DNA of 64,000 nucleotides from Zygnema circumcarinatum SAG 698-1b (Eukaryota; Plantae; Zygnematophyceae). Each line of letters opens with the position of its first letter. Position 1 is the first letter of the stretch. This document shows, in pieces, positions 36,720 through 47,633 of the stretch. The notes under the pieces were generated by a model, which saw only the letters and a list, made by a program, of their open reading frames with translations, searched no databases and was not told the DNA's origin. The position numbers were made by a program, and so were the translations under genes. The stretch covers positions 4,154,001 through 4,218,000 of the forward strand of contig CM074808.1 in the NCBI GenBank assembly GCA_037447605.1, given 5' to 3'.

Positions 36720-37358
36720 ATGTCGAGTTCTACAAGTGCTAGAGGAGAAGTGGCAGCCCCACGCATGGAGGGCGCTGCAACAACAAGTGGTATCAGAGCC
36801 GAAGGCGAAGAAGACGTGAAGTTTACCATTCCAACTTTCGATGGGAAGAACTACAAGCTGTGGAAGTTTCGCATGCTCACGGTGCTGGAGAACAAGCGGC
36901 TGTTGGGGTATGTGAATGGCTCCATTGTGGCCCCCGATTCAGTGATTAATCCTCTTGAGTTTGAGAAGTGGAGGGTTAAGGATTGCAAGGTTAGGACCCT
37001 GCTTTGTGCTGGCGTTAGTGAGGAACCTACAGACCTGATTTCAGAGTTAAAGACAGCTCGGGAGATGTGGGATACTCTAGAGAAGATTTATGATGTGGTA
37101 GATAATGCCACTGTAGTTTATCTCTACACGGAGCTTGGAAAACTCAGTTTGGATTCAGGGGAGGAGCTGAAAGACTATGTGATCAAGTTTGATAATCTGA
37201 TGCAAAAGTTTGATGGGATGAAGCAGCCCCTTCACTTGGATCACAAGATTAGTCTATTCCTTGGAGGCTTGCCGGATAGATTTGACCCTGCTTGCACTGC
37301 TCTACGAACTCAGCTTTCTACGACTAAGATGACCTTTGGCTTGGTCCAGAGGAAGTGA
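36720..37358 (+). CDS. Copia Gag (UBN2-type), ATG inside the 5' LTR; terminated early by an apparent frameshift
   Basis: VKFTIPTFDGKNYKLWKFRM..LLGYVNG..KDCKVRTLL..TAREMWDTLEKIY..KISLFLGGLP..F. Confidence 0.85.
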   Translation: MSSSTSARGEVAAPRMEGAATTSGIRAEGEEDVKFTIPTFDGKNYKLWKFRMLTVLENKRLLGYVNGSIVAPDSVINPLEFEKWRVKDCKVRTLLCAGVSEEPTDLISELKTAREMWDTLEKIYDVVDNATVVYLYTELGKLSLDSGEELKDYVIKFDNLMQKFDGMKQPLHLDHKISLFLGGLPDRFDPACTALRTQLSTTKMTFGLVQRK

Positions 37359-37418
37359 GGAAGTTGATTAAACAAATGCCAAGAGAGATGAAGCGCCAAA
37401 GGATTCACGAAGGCGAAC

Positions 37419-38438
37419 TTGATGTTCTCGGATTGGGGACCTAATGATGAGTTTGTCGGATGTCTTAGAGTTGAAAATTCAGCTAAACCTTGGGTGATTG
37501 ATTCCGGTGCTTCAAGGCACATGTGCGTGGACGACTCACTCTTTGCAGAGAAGGAGACTTTGGAGGGAACCCGCTCGGTCTACTCGGCAACTGGAGATGG
37601 AGTCTCGGTGACGCAAGGCGGAACAGTCAAGTTGGAGGTGCTCGGGGAGGGAAGCACGCAGAGGGTTGTCCATGTTGGTAACGTACTGCATACTCCCGGA
37701 CTACAGATTAATTTCCTCTCTGTTAGTCAGCTGTGTGAGAAGGACTATGGAGTATGGTTTGAGAAGGGTAGTTGTGAGGTCATTCACAAGGAGACAGGGC
37801 AAGTCTTGTGCAAGGGAATCCAGCAAGGTGGGCTTTACTTCCTAGAGAAGAAGGAGGCTCAAGGGCTGAGCTATCCCGCCAAGGACCCTGTGGAGGAACC
37901 CATTCACCATAAGATAGATCCAGACCAGCTTGGAGGAGGAAAGGGGATGCTAGAGCAAGCATTGAGGCTCAGGGGAGCAGGGGATTATTTCGCCAACGAC
38001 ATTTCAGATAGCCAGGCTAAGGGGGTTGAAAGACCCATCACCGAAAGGGTGGACATTAGTGGTGGTGAGAATGTGTGCGAATTCCAGGATCACTCAGAGT
38101 TAGTGAGCTCCAAGGAGGCCGGAAACACGGGCTTGTTGCATCCAAACAAGGATGGAGTTGAAGTGGAGGGGTCCTTTCAACCCAGGGTAGTTGAGCAGCC
38201 TGAGCACAAGGTTGCGGCTACAAAGGAATACCCGGTTGCTGGACCTATGAGGAGTTCAGCGGAAGCGCCCAGGATCGAATGTGGAAGGCGACCAAGTGAG
38301 GATCAAGAGGGGGATGATGATCTCTCGGGCCTTTGGATCAAGAGGGGGCAGCTTGTTCAGACAAGGGAGCATACATTTAGTTGTGGGACACTAGGGGATT
38401 GTAGTGGTCTCATGGAACTAGGGCCCATGGGGAACTAA
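37419..38438 (+). pseudogene. Copia protease plus start of the pre-integrase region, fused to an unrecognisable tail; no integrase core, RT or RNase H
   Basis: WVIDSGASRHMC, VLHTPGLQINFLSVSQL, G..QGGLYFL; then no HHCC, D,D-35-E or YVDD motifs before the PPT. Confidence 0.8.
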
Positions 38439-41400
38439 GTACCAAGAGGGGGATTGTTAGTGTAAAGTAGTTAGCGACTTGTTGTACACTAAGTTGTTGG
38501 TACTAAGTTCTAAGGAGGGGTGTGCTCATGTTGTCCACATTGTACGGAGGGGCGTCTAGGCGACCGTACAAGTCTTTAAGGGGTGTGCATGTAGCGCGCA
38601 GAGTCTGATTTGGCAAGGCATCAGAATGTCGGTGCGGCCAATCAGTGGTACGATTTGGAAGGCCAAGACCATGGGTGTACGGACATTGGTCGGTGGCGCG
38701 GCGCGGCGTGGCGGAGTCAGATGTGACGTGGCGCGACACGACAAATCGAGAAGTGACGAGGCGCGAATCAGCGCGCGGAGCAGAACTGACAAGGTACGGA
38801 GTCAGCAATGATTCATTTGGAGGACAGTGGCGAATCGGAAGGCGCCACGTGTCGGGTGAAAGGGAAGGCCTGTACGGCCTAGGTCGGTGGCGCTCGTAGG
38901 CTTACGGGGTCCCACATGGCGCCAAGTAATGAAGAGTCAGATCCTACGGTGGAGGACTCGGATGGAGATAAGGCTGAGGCGGATCTGACGGCAATGATGT
39001 GCTGGATCCGTGCAAGCCTACGAGGATCCGACGGCGCGAGATTAGGATCGGGATAAGGGTCTTGCAAGGCGTTGCATGTGCGGCCGTGACATGACAATGT
39101 CACTAATGGCGCCATATAGTATTTAAGGGTTAGATTGTTTGGTAGAAGTTAACCTTCTCGTGACTCACATCAGGGTGAGGTTATCTTGCTTAGGGCCTAG
39201 GAGATAGTGGGAAGAGTTCAGCTTGTAGTGGGTGGTTTATTCACGTAGCTTGAGAAGAGGTGCTTGAAGCTTGGCTCTAGTGTTGTCAAGTTGTATTTCA
39301 TCTTTATCTTAAGGAGTTTTAGGCTGGTGGCTTTCTCCTTACATTTTCATATTTCCGCTGAGTTGTTCTCTTGCATTTAGTGTGCTTTGTGTGATTGAGC
39401 AATTCATTGAAAATGTCGAGTTCTACAAGTACTAGAGGAGAAGTGGCAGCCCCACGCATGGAGGGCGCTGCAACAACAGCTATCAACAAGAAGACTCTTT
39501 CTCTCTCTCTCTCTCTCTCTATCTATGGCATGGAACTCTCTCTCTCTCTCACACTTAGCATCTGTTGCTAGAACTGAAGAGGAAGAAGAGAAGAACAAGA
39601 CAACAAACCACACAGCAAATACAAATACTAAGCCCAGCACTAAAAGACAAACTAGCATCACTGACATCCCATCTACTTATCACTGACAGTAGATCCTGAG
39701 TCTTAGCAGTGACAGTCTCTGATTGGCCAACTGCCCACTGAGAGGCCTGACTGACTACTTGGAGCCTTATGATAGGTCAACAAATGACAATCGGCGGCAT
39801 TTTGCGGCGCTTCCAAGTGCGCCTAGCTNNNNNNNNNNGAGGGAGTAAGACAAATTCAAAATCGAAAGATACGGCAGACTGGCGAAATGGTGGCGAAGCG
39901 GCAAAAAGTGGCGGGAATGAGAAATGGACCAATGAGGAGTCGTCATGACAGGGGGGGTACGAGGAGACCGCGCTGTCGGTCGCAAACGCTCAGCCATCGC
40001 GCGGGGGAGGAACCACGGACGTGGCGGCACGAATGTCGATCCAGTGTGAACGCCAGCGCCGGGCGTTTCCACTAGAGTCAGGGCCCTCCGAAATGATGGC
40101 CCAACCTGGGATCTCCGACGGACCGACACAAATGAAGGGGCCCAACCACGGAAAAGCCCGTTGAGTCGGTTTGGCGAGATTCCTGAGCCAAATGAGCTGA
40201 CGTGGCGCGACCTGATTGGGCGGGAGAGCAGCGCGTCGGCGCCTCCCAAAGTCGGTGAGTTGTCGTCTGTGCGCGCGTTCGAGGTGGTGGGAGGCCATGG
40301 AATCTAGGGTTTGGAAGCGGAGGGCCAGGAGCTGAAGCTGGGCGACCCGATCCGGGGGAGGCGCGTCATCGTGGAAGAGGGGCTCAGCAGAGAGGAGGTC
40401 AAGGGGAATGCGGGGCTTACGGCCATAGAGGAGCTCGTAGGGAGAGAAGCCCGTGGAGGAGTGAACAGAGGTGTTGTACGTGAAGACCAAGGAGGGGATG
40501 ACCTCGCGCCAGTCCGCCTCCAGCTCTGCGCAGCCGCGAACGCACGCATCCTTGACCGTCTGGATGGTATTGTTAGTGTATAGTAGTTAGTCACTAGACA
40601 AGTTGTTGTTGGGACATTAGTTTTGTGTGCGTGTGTTGTGTGTGGCCCTTGGCGGCGATATGCGCCTAGACCGACGGGCGGTGGTACGGACTTTGGTCGG
40701 TGGAGAGGCGCGGCGTGGCGGAGTCAGAAGTGACGAGGCGCGACGCGACGAATCGAAAAGTGACGTGGAGCGGACGCGGACGCGGAGCGAATTGAAGATG
40801 TGACGTGACGCGCAAAACTGCGCGCGAATCGAAACTGACGCGGCGCGGCGTCAGCCTTTGGATTGGCCGATTCGGACTTGACGCGATGCGGCGTCAAATT
40901 GTCAACGCGCGATTCAGAATTGTGCGGAGCTGCGTCGAATTGTCGGTGGCGTGAGACGACGCGAGGATTGACGCGTCATCTATCTTGGAGGCAAGGTCAG
41001 ATCCTACGGCGCAAGACGTGGATTGAACGGAAGGCTGAGTCGGATCCGACGGAAGCAAAGGGCTGGATCCGTGTGAGTCTACGAGGATCCGACGGCGCAG
41101 GATTAGGATCGGGATAGGGCCCTTGCAGGCCGCTAGTCGATGTTGTTAGCTCTGTTGCATGTTGTTGTCACGTGTGTAGTGACATAGTATTTAAGGGTTG
41201 GCTTTTGTTATGTAGGGTAACAATTCATTCAGGCTGTTGTAGTCTCTATTATGCTGTTCGCTCGTGTTGCGACACTACACTTACTCGTGCTGTGAGGTAG
41301 TAAGCTGTGAGATTGCTGAGNNNNNNNNNNTGTTATTCCGCTGTGCATTATTGCTGTGATTCACTCTGTGAGTAAAATGGGCTATGAGTGAATGTGAGGG

Positions 41401-41735
41401 ATTTGGAAATGTCATGCGTCGATTGGAGCGCGAACTCCAGGCGGAGGGTGACCGAATGGAGAGCGGACGGCAGCGGTGGAGAGTCACCAACAAGTGGTAT
41501 CGAGGAGCTCATGGAGCTTCGGAGGACCACGTCAAGTTCAACGTCCCGGCCTTTGATGAGCGGGATTACAAGAAGCGTGGAGATGGAGGTTGGTTCCCAC
41601 AGCATGCGGCAAGGGGGTTGCTTGGAGCCATGTTGATGGCATCAAGGCGGAGTTGCAGTTGGAGCCTCGGTGGAGCAGCATTCGAACGGCGTGCGCTCAC
41701 GATGAAAGCCAAGGACAACAAGGCCCGACGCAGAT

Positions 41736-44624
41736 TGTAATGAGCGTAAGAGGAAGTCCGTCCTCTATGCTTTATGATCTGAAAACCTCTCATGCCATGT
41801 AGCGAAACGCTACAGTCACCCACGGGAGGTGTACTTAGGGCGCGCTCCGTCCTAGTACTCTCACCCGAGCGCGGGCAGTGGCCAAAGGCGTGAGGACCAC
41901 CTAGAAGACGAGGAAGAGTCACAGGATCCGAGCTGCCTGAGAAGGTTGCCCAGGGTTCGATCTTGTGTGATATGCTTGAGACATATATGTATGGCGTGCG
42001 ATGTGGTGAGGATCACGGAATCCCGACCACATCTTCCTTACGTTTTGGAACGTAACCGTCGTCCGTACAATTACGGGTCACCGTTGAATACCGGACGAGC
42101 GGCACTGTCGAACCCAGCGGCGGGATTCGGCCGTTACGCTGACGTCTTGACGGCGCGCGTCAGCGGCGGCGCCCGTGATGCGGTGCGCGTTGCATCGTGT
42201 ACACCTCGACCCATTGGTCCCCGAGAGGAACTGCCGATGGCAGTCTGCCATTGGACAGCCCTTCTTCCAATCCTACATGCTGGTGGGAGGTTCGTCGGGG
42301 GAAGCGTAAAGGGGCGTGGGTGACTATCGTCACCCAACCAACGTACCGGCATTCGGTTGCACCCCTGACCAGGGCTGCGCCACTCTGAAGCTCTCTCTCT
42401 CTCGCTCTTGCTCTCGCCCTCTCGCTGAACTCTGAGTGCTGGTGTGTTATTCCGCGCAGGCTGAAGGAGTTAGATTTCAGCCGTGACATTTGGTATCAGA
42501 GCCAGGTTTCTTTTCTTTTTGGGAAGGAACCTGTTGGTCATGGTGACCACTCGCCGGGCCGGAGGGGACCCGGGGCCCTCGGGGCCGCCACCTCCACCAC
42601 CTGTCCCCCGGGACGAGGTGATGGAGGAGAACTCGGAGACTGCGGCCGTCCCCATGGAGGGGCCCAGTCCCGAACCCACGGATGGCCCAGGCCATCCGGC
42701 GCATCCTGCCCCTTCCCCCACGCCGCCGATGCAAGCAGCGGCGGAAGTTCCCGCGTCTTTCCCCACGCCGGACAGAGGCGGCACCATCGCCTGTGGGGCT
42801 GGCGATCTAAGGAAAAGTCAGCAGATTTGGGGAAGGAGAGTGACTCGAATTAAGTCACGGACACCCGGGGTTACCCTGGGAGGATGGGTGACATGGAGCT
42901 CCTTGATCCGCCGCTTAGTGGACACGCTCCAAATAAGGTTCCGGGGCCTTCGGACAGGCTCGGAGGATCCGAGGAAGGTATGCCCGAACCCCGGTAGGGC
43001 GGTAGATGCGGCAGGTCACAGGAAGAGGTTAGGCATACCACTCGTGCGTCGTCTGTCCTAAAACCCCAGCTCTTTGAAGCTTGCTTGACGAAAATCACAC
43101 CCACAGCAGCGGTTTTCACGAAGTCACCTGAGGTGGCGAACCACACCAGCGTGGGGACGTCGAGGCAGGCTGGCTGAGGCGGGAGGGGAGATCAGGTCCT
43201 CGAGCTGCTCCTCCGCGCTTACTTGAAAGGATGTCAAGCGAGGTCGGGCCAAGTGGCCCAGCTTTCGCCCCCAGAGGCGAACATCTAACCGCGAGGCCAT
43301 TTATTTGATTGAGCAGTGGTTTGAGCCCAAAAGCGAAGGGGTTACCTTACGGCGACCAAGCTGTCCCCCTCCGGTGGGTAAGCTTTGCTTACGGCACTCG
43401 AAGGAGCCGCATGCAGAATTGTATAGGGGCCTCTCCCCGATGAATTAGGGGCGGTGGGATAAGTTCAGAGATGAACTTATCAAACACTTTAGAGACGCGG
43501 ATCACCGGCTTGGAGGCGGGGATAGGATTCGAACATGGTCCCGAGCAGCGGTGTCAAGCGGGTTTTACCTGCCGAGACTGCGACAAGAATGGTACCTCAA
43601 ATCACCACTCCACCGAGCACCGGGCAGTGAGTTCTTCCGCCGAAGGGAATGGCGAAGCCACACACGAGGAAGCGGTAGGACTAACCCGGCCGGACTGGCA
43701 GGTGGGACACGACTCACGGCGGCCGCGCGATGCGGCCATTAGGTTGGACTACCGCCCTGCGGGCGTGCAGGAGCCCTTCAGGCCCAGTGAGGGAGGTGGG
43801 CGGCGTGGCTGAGGTGGGCGGGACCACCGACTCCTGCCAGGATGGCGGGGAAAGGAGCATAGCCGAGGAGGAGCGGTGGGAAGTGGCGCCCGTCCCGCCT
43901 TTACCCGCTGACGCCCGAGAGTTGACTCGAGGAGGAGGAAATGGAGAGATCTGTGGCGGGGAGGGAACAAGTGTTTGCATGGGGAGGGCATAAGGCGAGT
44001 TGCCCTCTCAACACCAAGGACAAGAAGGGCAAGGGGCCGGAAAACCCCAACCCACCAGCAGTTTAGGGGTCGTTGCTAGTGGACATGCTAGGCTAGGGGG
44101 AGGGAATGGGGCTGCCATCAAGGATACAAGACTCTTGTTTCTTAGAACCCTGGACATTCTTAACTTGGTGGGCAGGCCTTTGGGAGTGCAAGATCTCTTT
44201 GTGTTTGATGTACTCCCTTTTTCCATTTCCCTTTCCCCTGCCACTGTAGTGACTCCTCCTGGGTTTATGGATGTAGTGATGAATGGTGATTGGCATGTCT
44301 TTATCCTCAATGTCATGGGCGATGATGTTCTCATGCAATGTGCCATGGATGCTTTGCATGTCATGGGAAACACCTCCCATGTCCTTGGGCTGCATGTGCT
44401 GGTTCCTCAGCACATGGCAGTTCGCACCTTTCCCAACGCCACTTGGCGGTTGGTGAAACAGTTGAGGAAAGGGCACAAGTTGGTGCAAGAGATGGAAGGA
44501 TCCACCAGCTTGCTAGTTGGATCACCCTACACATTGGTGTATAGGACGGCTCGTCCTCAACCTTCGCATATAGTGCGATCTATGTTCCACCTTGCCCATC
44601 GTGCCATGACCTTCATCGGGTCAG
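41736..44624 (+). mobile_element. Gypsy-B: probable 5' LTR (41736-42488), tRNA-iMet PBS and degenerate proline-rich gag; truncated at a gap
   Basis: TGTAATG...CCGTGACA followed by TT and TGGTATCAGAGCCAGGTTTC (20-nt complement of the plant iMet tRNA 3' end). It starts where the Copia-2 gag remnant (KAKDNKARRRL) stops. The Gypsy assignment is tentative because no pol is visible. Confidence 0.6.
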
Positions 44625-44639
44625 NNNNNNNNNNAGGTA

Positions 44640-47633
44640 GAGGATCCGAAGCGGCCATGGCTGATTGATTCCGGCGCTTCTACGCATATGTGCGGAGACA
44701 CATCGATGTTCTCCAAGCTCGACAACTTGGAGAAGACACGCTCAGTCCATTCAGCAACCGGTGAAGGAGTCACCGTGACGAGAGGTGGAGCCGTGAGGAT
44801 GATACTCGGAGACGGCTCGGTCATCAATGAAGAAGACATACAAGAGAAGTTGTCAATTGGTGACGTTCTTCACACCCCTGAGCTAAAGCAGAATTTCATG
44901 TCTGTTAGCCAAGTGTGTAAGAAAGGATACAGTGTTCTGTTTGAGGAGAAGTCATGCGTGGCCATCCATACAGAAACTGGGAGACAGCTGTTCAGGGGTT
45001 ATGAGAGAGGAGGGCTGTATTTTCTTGATTACAAGAGGGAGAATTATGAGCATGTCAATGCAATCTCAGAGAATGCCGTAGATGTATGGCATAGAAGACT
45101 TGGTCACTTACACCATAGAGGAATGCAGCAGTTGGCTGAGAAGGGGTTAGTCCGTGGGCTAGACCCGGGTGTAGTGGAGAAGGAGCTTGGGTTGTGCCAG
45201 GAGTGTGTGGAGGGCAAGGCGCACAGGAGACCATTCGTGAGGAGTGGAGACGAGTCCTATCGAGCGCGAGAGAAGTTGGAATTGGTACATTCTGACTTGT
45301 GTGGCCCAGTTACACCGGCGACCAGTGGCGGAGCGAGGTACTTCGTCACCTTCCTTGACGATTACTCGAGGAAGATTTGGATTACGCTCCTCAAGAACAA
45401 GTCAGAGGCTTTCGGAGCCTTTCGAGATTGGCTGAACCAGGCGGAGACAGAATCAGGACAGAAGCTGAAGGCTTTGCGCTCAGACAATGGCGGCGAATTC
45501 AAATCCAAGGAGTTCGCAGGGTTCCTGAAGAACCGCGGTATAAGGCATGAATTCTCTGCCCCCTATTCCCCTCAAAGTAATGGAGCAGCTGAGCGAGTGA
45601 ATCGGACATTGGGGGACATGGCTCGGACCATGTTGATTGATTCCCCCTTTCCAGCTTCTTTTTGGGGAGAAGCGGTTTCTACTGCTGCGTACATTAGAAA
45701 CAGATGTCCGTCTTCTGTTTTGAAAGACCAGGTCCCCGAGCAGATGTGGAGTGGGAGGAAGCCCACAGTTTCCCACCTGAGGACCTTTGGTGCGCGATGC
45801 TGGGCTGCACTGCCCAAGGCGCGACAGAAGAAGAAATTTGACCCTCGAGCGGTAGAGGGTTATGTTCTCGGCTATAACACCAACAGCCACACGTATAGGG
45901 TGTGGAACCCTCGACTGCAAGAGGTCCTGAGCACGAGGGACATTACAGTTGATGAGGGGAGTGCTGTTGAACGTGTTGCAGACTCTCAGATCTTTCCTCC
46001 AGCGAAAGTGGATTTCGAGATCGTGTATGAGGAGGGAGAGACGAGTGGAGAGCGTGATGTCACTGTGCAGGATGCCAGCACATCACAGAGTGAAGGAGCC
46101 GAGCCAGCAGCTGCGTCAAGCGAGCCTGCTGATGTTGAAGAGTCGCCAGAAGAGGCGCATGCGGAGGAGCCGCAGAATTCGACGGAGACGATTCCACTGC
46201 ACACTCAGTCCAGTGGAGAAGAAGAGAACTCCGTGGAGACGGTGCCACTGCACACGCAAGAGTCTGAGGACCTTGAAGCGGCCGAGAGAGAGGCTATGTT
46301 AGCGAACATGCCCCTAGGTTTTGTACCCGGACTCTACTTCTATCCGAAAGGACAAAGCGCGAAGGAGGTTCGGAAGAGCAGTCGGGACAGGAGGCGACCA
46401 GATCGGTATTCGCCTGAGAACAACCTTATCCAAGAAAGAGTGCCTTCAGATTCAGCTGACCTTGTGGGAGTTGCCCATTGCTTTATGATCACGGAACCAC
46501 AGACCTTTGAGGAAGCACACGACGGAGTCGATGGCGACAAATGGCGAGTGGCGATCGATAGCGAGTGGGACAGCTTGATAGAAAACGGCACGTGGAGGTT
46601 GGAGAAGCTGCCTCAAGGGAGGCGAGCTATTGGCTGCAAATGGGTCTTCAAAGTCAAGAGAAAGGCAGACGGAAGCGTGGACAGATACAAGGCGCGGCTA
46701 GTGGCGAAGGGATACGCCCAAAAGTATGGAGTTGACTACGTGGAGACTTTCGCTCCAGTGGTAAAGTTCAACTCCTTGAGAGCCTTGATTTCCATCGCAG
46801 CGGCTGAAGGAATGCATGTCCATCAGCTGGACATCAAGACGGCATTCCTGTACGGAGATCTAACGGAAGAGATCTACATGGAGCAGCCGGAGGGGAAGGT
46901 GGTCCCAGGAAAGGAACACCTAGTCTGTCGACTAGTGAAGAGCCTATATGGTTTGAAGCAGGCGCCCAGAGTGTGGTACGAGAAGATAGATGATCTTCTG
47001 AGGAGGAATGGTTTCGACCGATTCGAAACAGATCATTCCGTGTACCGTCAAGGAGAGGGGGCGGACATCATGTTCGTCGGGATCTACGTTGATGATCTCA
47101 TAATGGTGAGCCTCTCGCTTGAAAGAATCAGTTCCTTGAAAGAGTTGCTTCAAGCGAATTTCAAGATGTCAGATTTGGGGGAGGCGCAGTATCTGCTTGG
47201 GATGCAGCTGAAGAGGGGGCAGGATGGCAGCTTATTCTTGTGTCAGAAGAAGTATGCATCGGATGTCCTTGCCCGGTTCCACATGGAAGATTCTAGGCCA
47301 TGCTCCAGCCCGATGGAGATAGGCGCTAGATTGTCGAAGGAGATGTCACCTTCGAGTGCAGCAGAGGCGCAGAAGATGTTCGGAGTGCCTTACAGGTCTG
47401 CGATTGGGAGTCTGATGTACCTGATGATTGGAACGCGTCCGGACCTGGCGAAAGCAGTGAGCTCGGCCAGCCGATTCATGGAGAATCCGGGCCTCGAGCA
47501 TTGGGAGGCCGTGAAGAGGATATTCAGATATGTGAGAGGGACGCTTGATTATGGGATCAGGTATGAGAGGGGGCCAACCAGAGTGATTGGCTATAGAGAT
47601 CAGACTTGGGGCGGTATGCACACATCGCGTTGA
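44640..47633 (+). CDS. Copia-2 pol: protease, integrase and reverse transcriptase in one open frame; RNase H (47600-48074) broken by frameshifts
   Basis: WLIDSGASTHMC; VWHRRLGH..CQEC; LELVHSDLCGP; LRSDNGGEF; PYSPQSNGAAERVNRTL; RYKARLVAKGYAQKYGVDYVETFAPV; LVKSLYGLKQAPRVW; GIYVDD. The downstream remnant reads FHKRTKHIRVQYHYVRE..Q.ADMLTK. Confidence 0.95.
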   Translation, partial: EDPKRPWLIDSGASTHMCGDTSMFSKLDNLEKTRSVHSATGEGVTVTRGGAVRMILGDGSVINEEDIQEKLSIGDVLHTPELKQNFMSVSQVCKKGYSVLFEEKSCVAIHTETGRQLFRGYERGGLYFLDYKRENYEHVNAISENAVDVWHRRLGHLHHRGMQQLAEKGLVRGLDPGVVEKELGLCQECVEGKAHRRPFVRSGDESYRAREKLELVHSDLCGPVTPATSGGARYFVTFLDDYSRKIWITLLKNKSEAFGAFRDWLNQAETESGQKLKALRSDNGGEFKSKEFAGFLKNRGIRHEFSAPYSPQSNGAAERVNRTLGDMARTMLIDSPFPASFWGEAVSTAAYIRNRCPSSVLKDQVPEQMWSGRKPTVSHLRTFGARCWAALPKARQKKKFDPRAVEGYVLGYNTNSHTYRVWNPRLQEVLSTRDITVDEGSAVERVADSQIFPPAKVDFEIVYEEGETSGERDVTVQDASTSQSEGAEPAAASSEPADVEESPEEAHAEEPQNSTETIPLHTQSSGEEENSVETVPLHTQESEDLEAAEREAMLANMPLGFVPGLYFYPKGQSAKEVRKSSRDRRRPDRYSPENNLIQERVPSDSADLVGVAHCFMITEPQTFEEAHDGVDGDKWRVAIDSEWDSLIENGTWRLEKLPQGRRAIGCKWVFKVKRKADGSVDRYKARLVAKGYAQKYGVDYVETFAPVVKFNSLRALISIAAAEGMHVHQLDIKTAFLYGDLTEEIYMEQPEGKVVPGKEHLVCRLVKSLYGLKQAPRVWYEKIDDLLRRNGFDRFETDHSVYRQGEGADIMFVGIYVDDLIMVSLSLERISSLKELLQANFKMSDLGEAQYLLGMQLKRGQDGSLFLCQKKYASDVLARFHMEDSRPCSSPMEIGARLSKEMSPSSAAEAQKMFGVPYRSAIGSLMYLMIGTRPDLAKAVSSASRFMENPGLEHWEAVKRIFRYVRGTLDYGIRYERGPTRVIGYRDQTWGGMHTSR

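Larger units (their letters stand above)
36007..39478 (+). mobile_element. Copia-1: young non-autonomous Ty1/copia deletion derivative (gag and protease only)
   Basis: TSD GCTAT (36002-36006 and 39479-39483). 5' LTR 36007-36785 (contains a gap), 3' LTR 38455-39478, both TG...CA. PBS TGGTATCAGAGCC at 36788-36800 and PPT AAGAGGGGGAT at 38444-38454. Internal region is only 1669 bp. Confidence 0.95.
35504..39828 (-). mobile_element. Probable LTR (possibly the 3' LTR of Gypsy-A) interrupted by Copia-1; ends in a gap
   Basis: Starts TGTAGCA exactly where R1 similarity stops. It is non-coding and continues on both sides of the GCTAT target duplication of Copia-1. No partner LTR is visible. Confidence 0.4.

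Noticed and set aside
39940-39960. TGTCATGAC on the minus strand as the start of the Gypsy-A 3' LTR
   Set aside because: It is preceded by a C-run on that strand rather than a polypurine tract.
46184-46262. Duplicated ET(I/V)PLHTQ peptide in Copia-2 pol
   Set aside because: Lies in the hypervariable integrase-RT linker, where such repeats are common.
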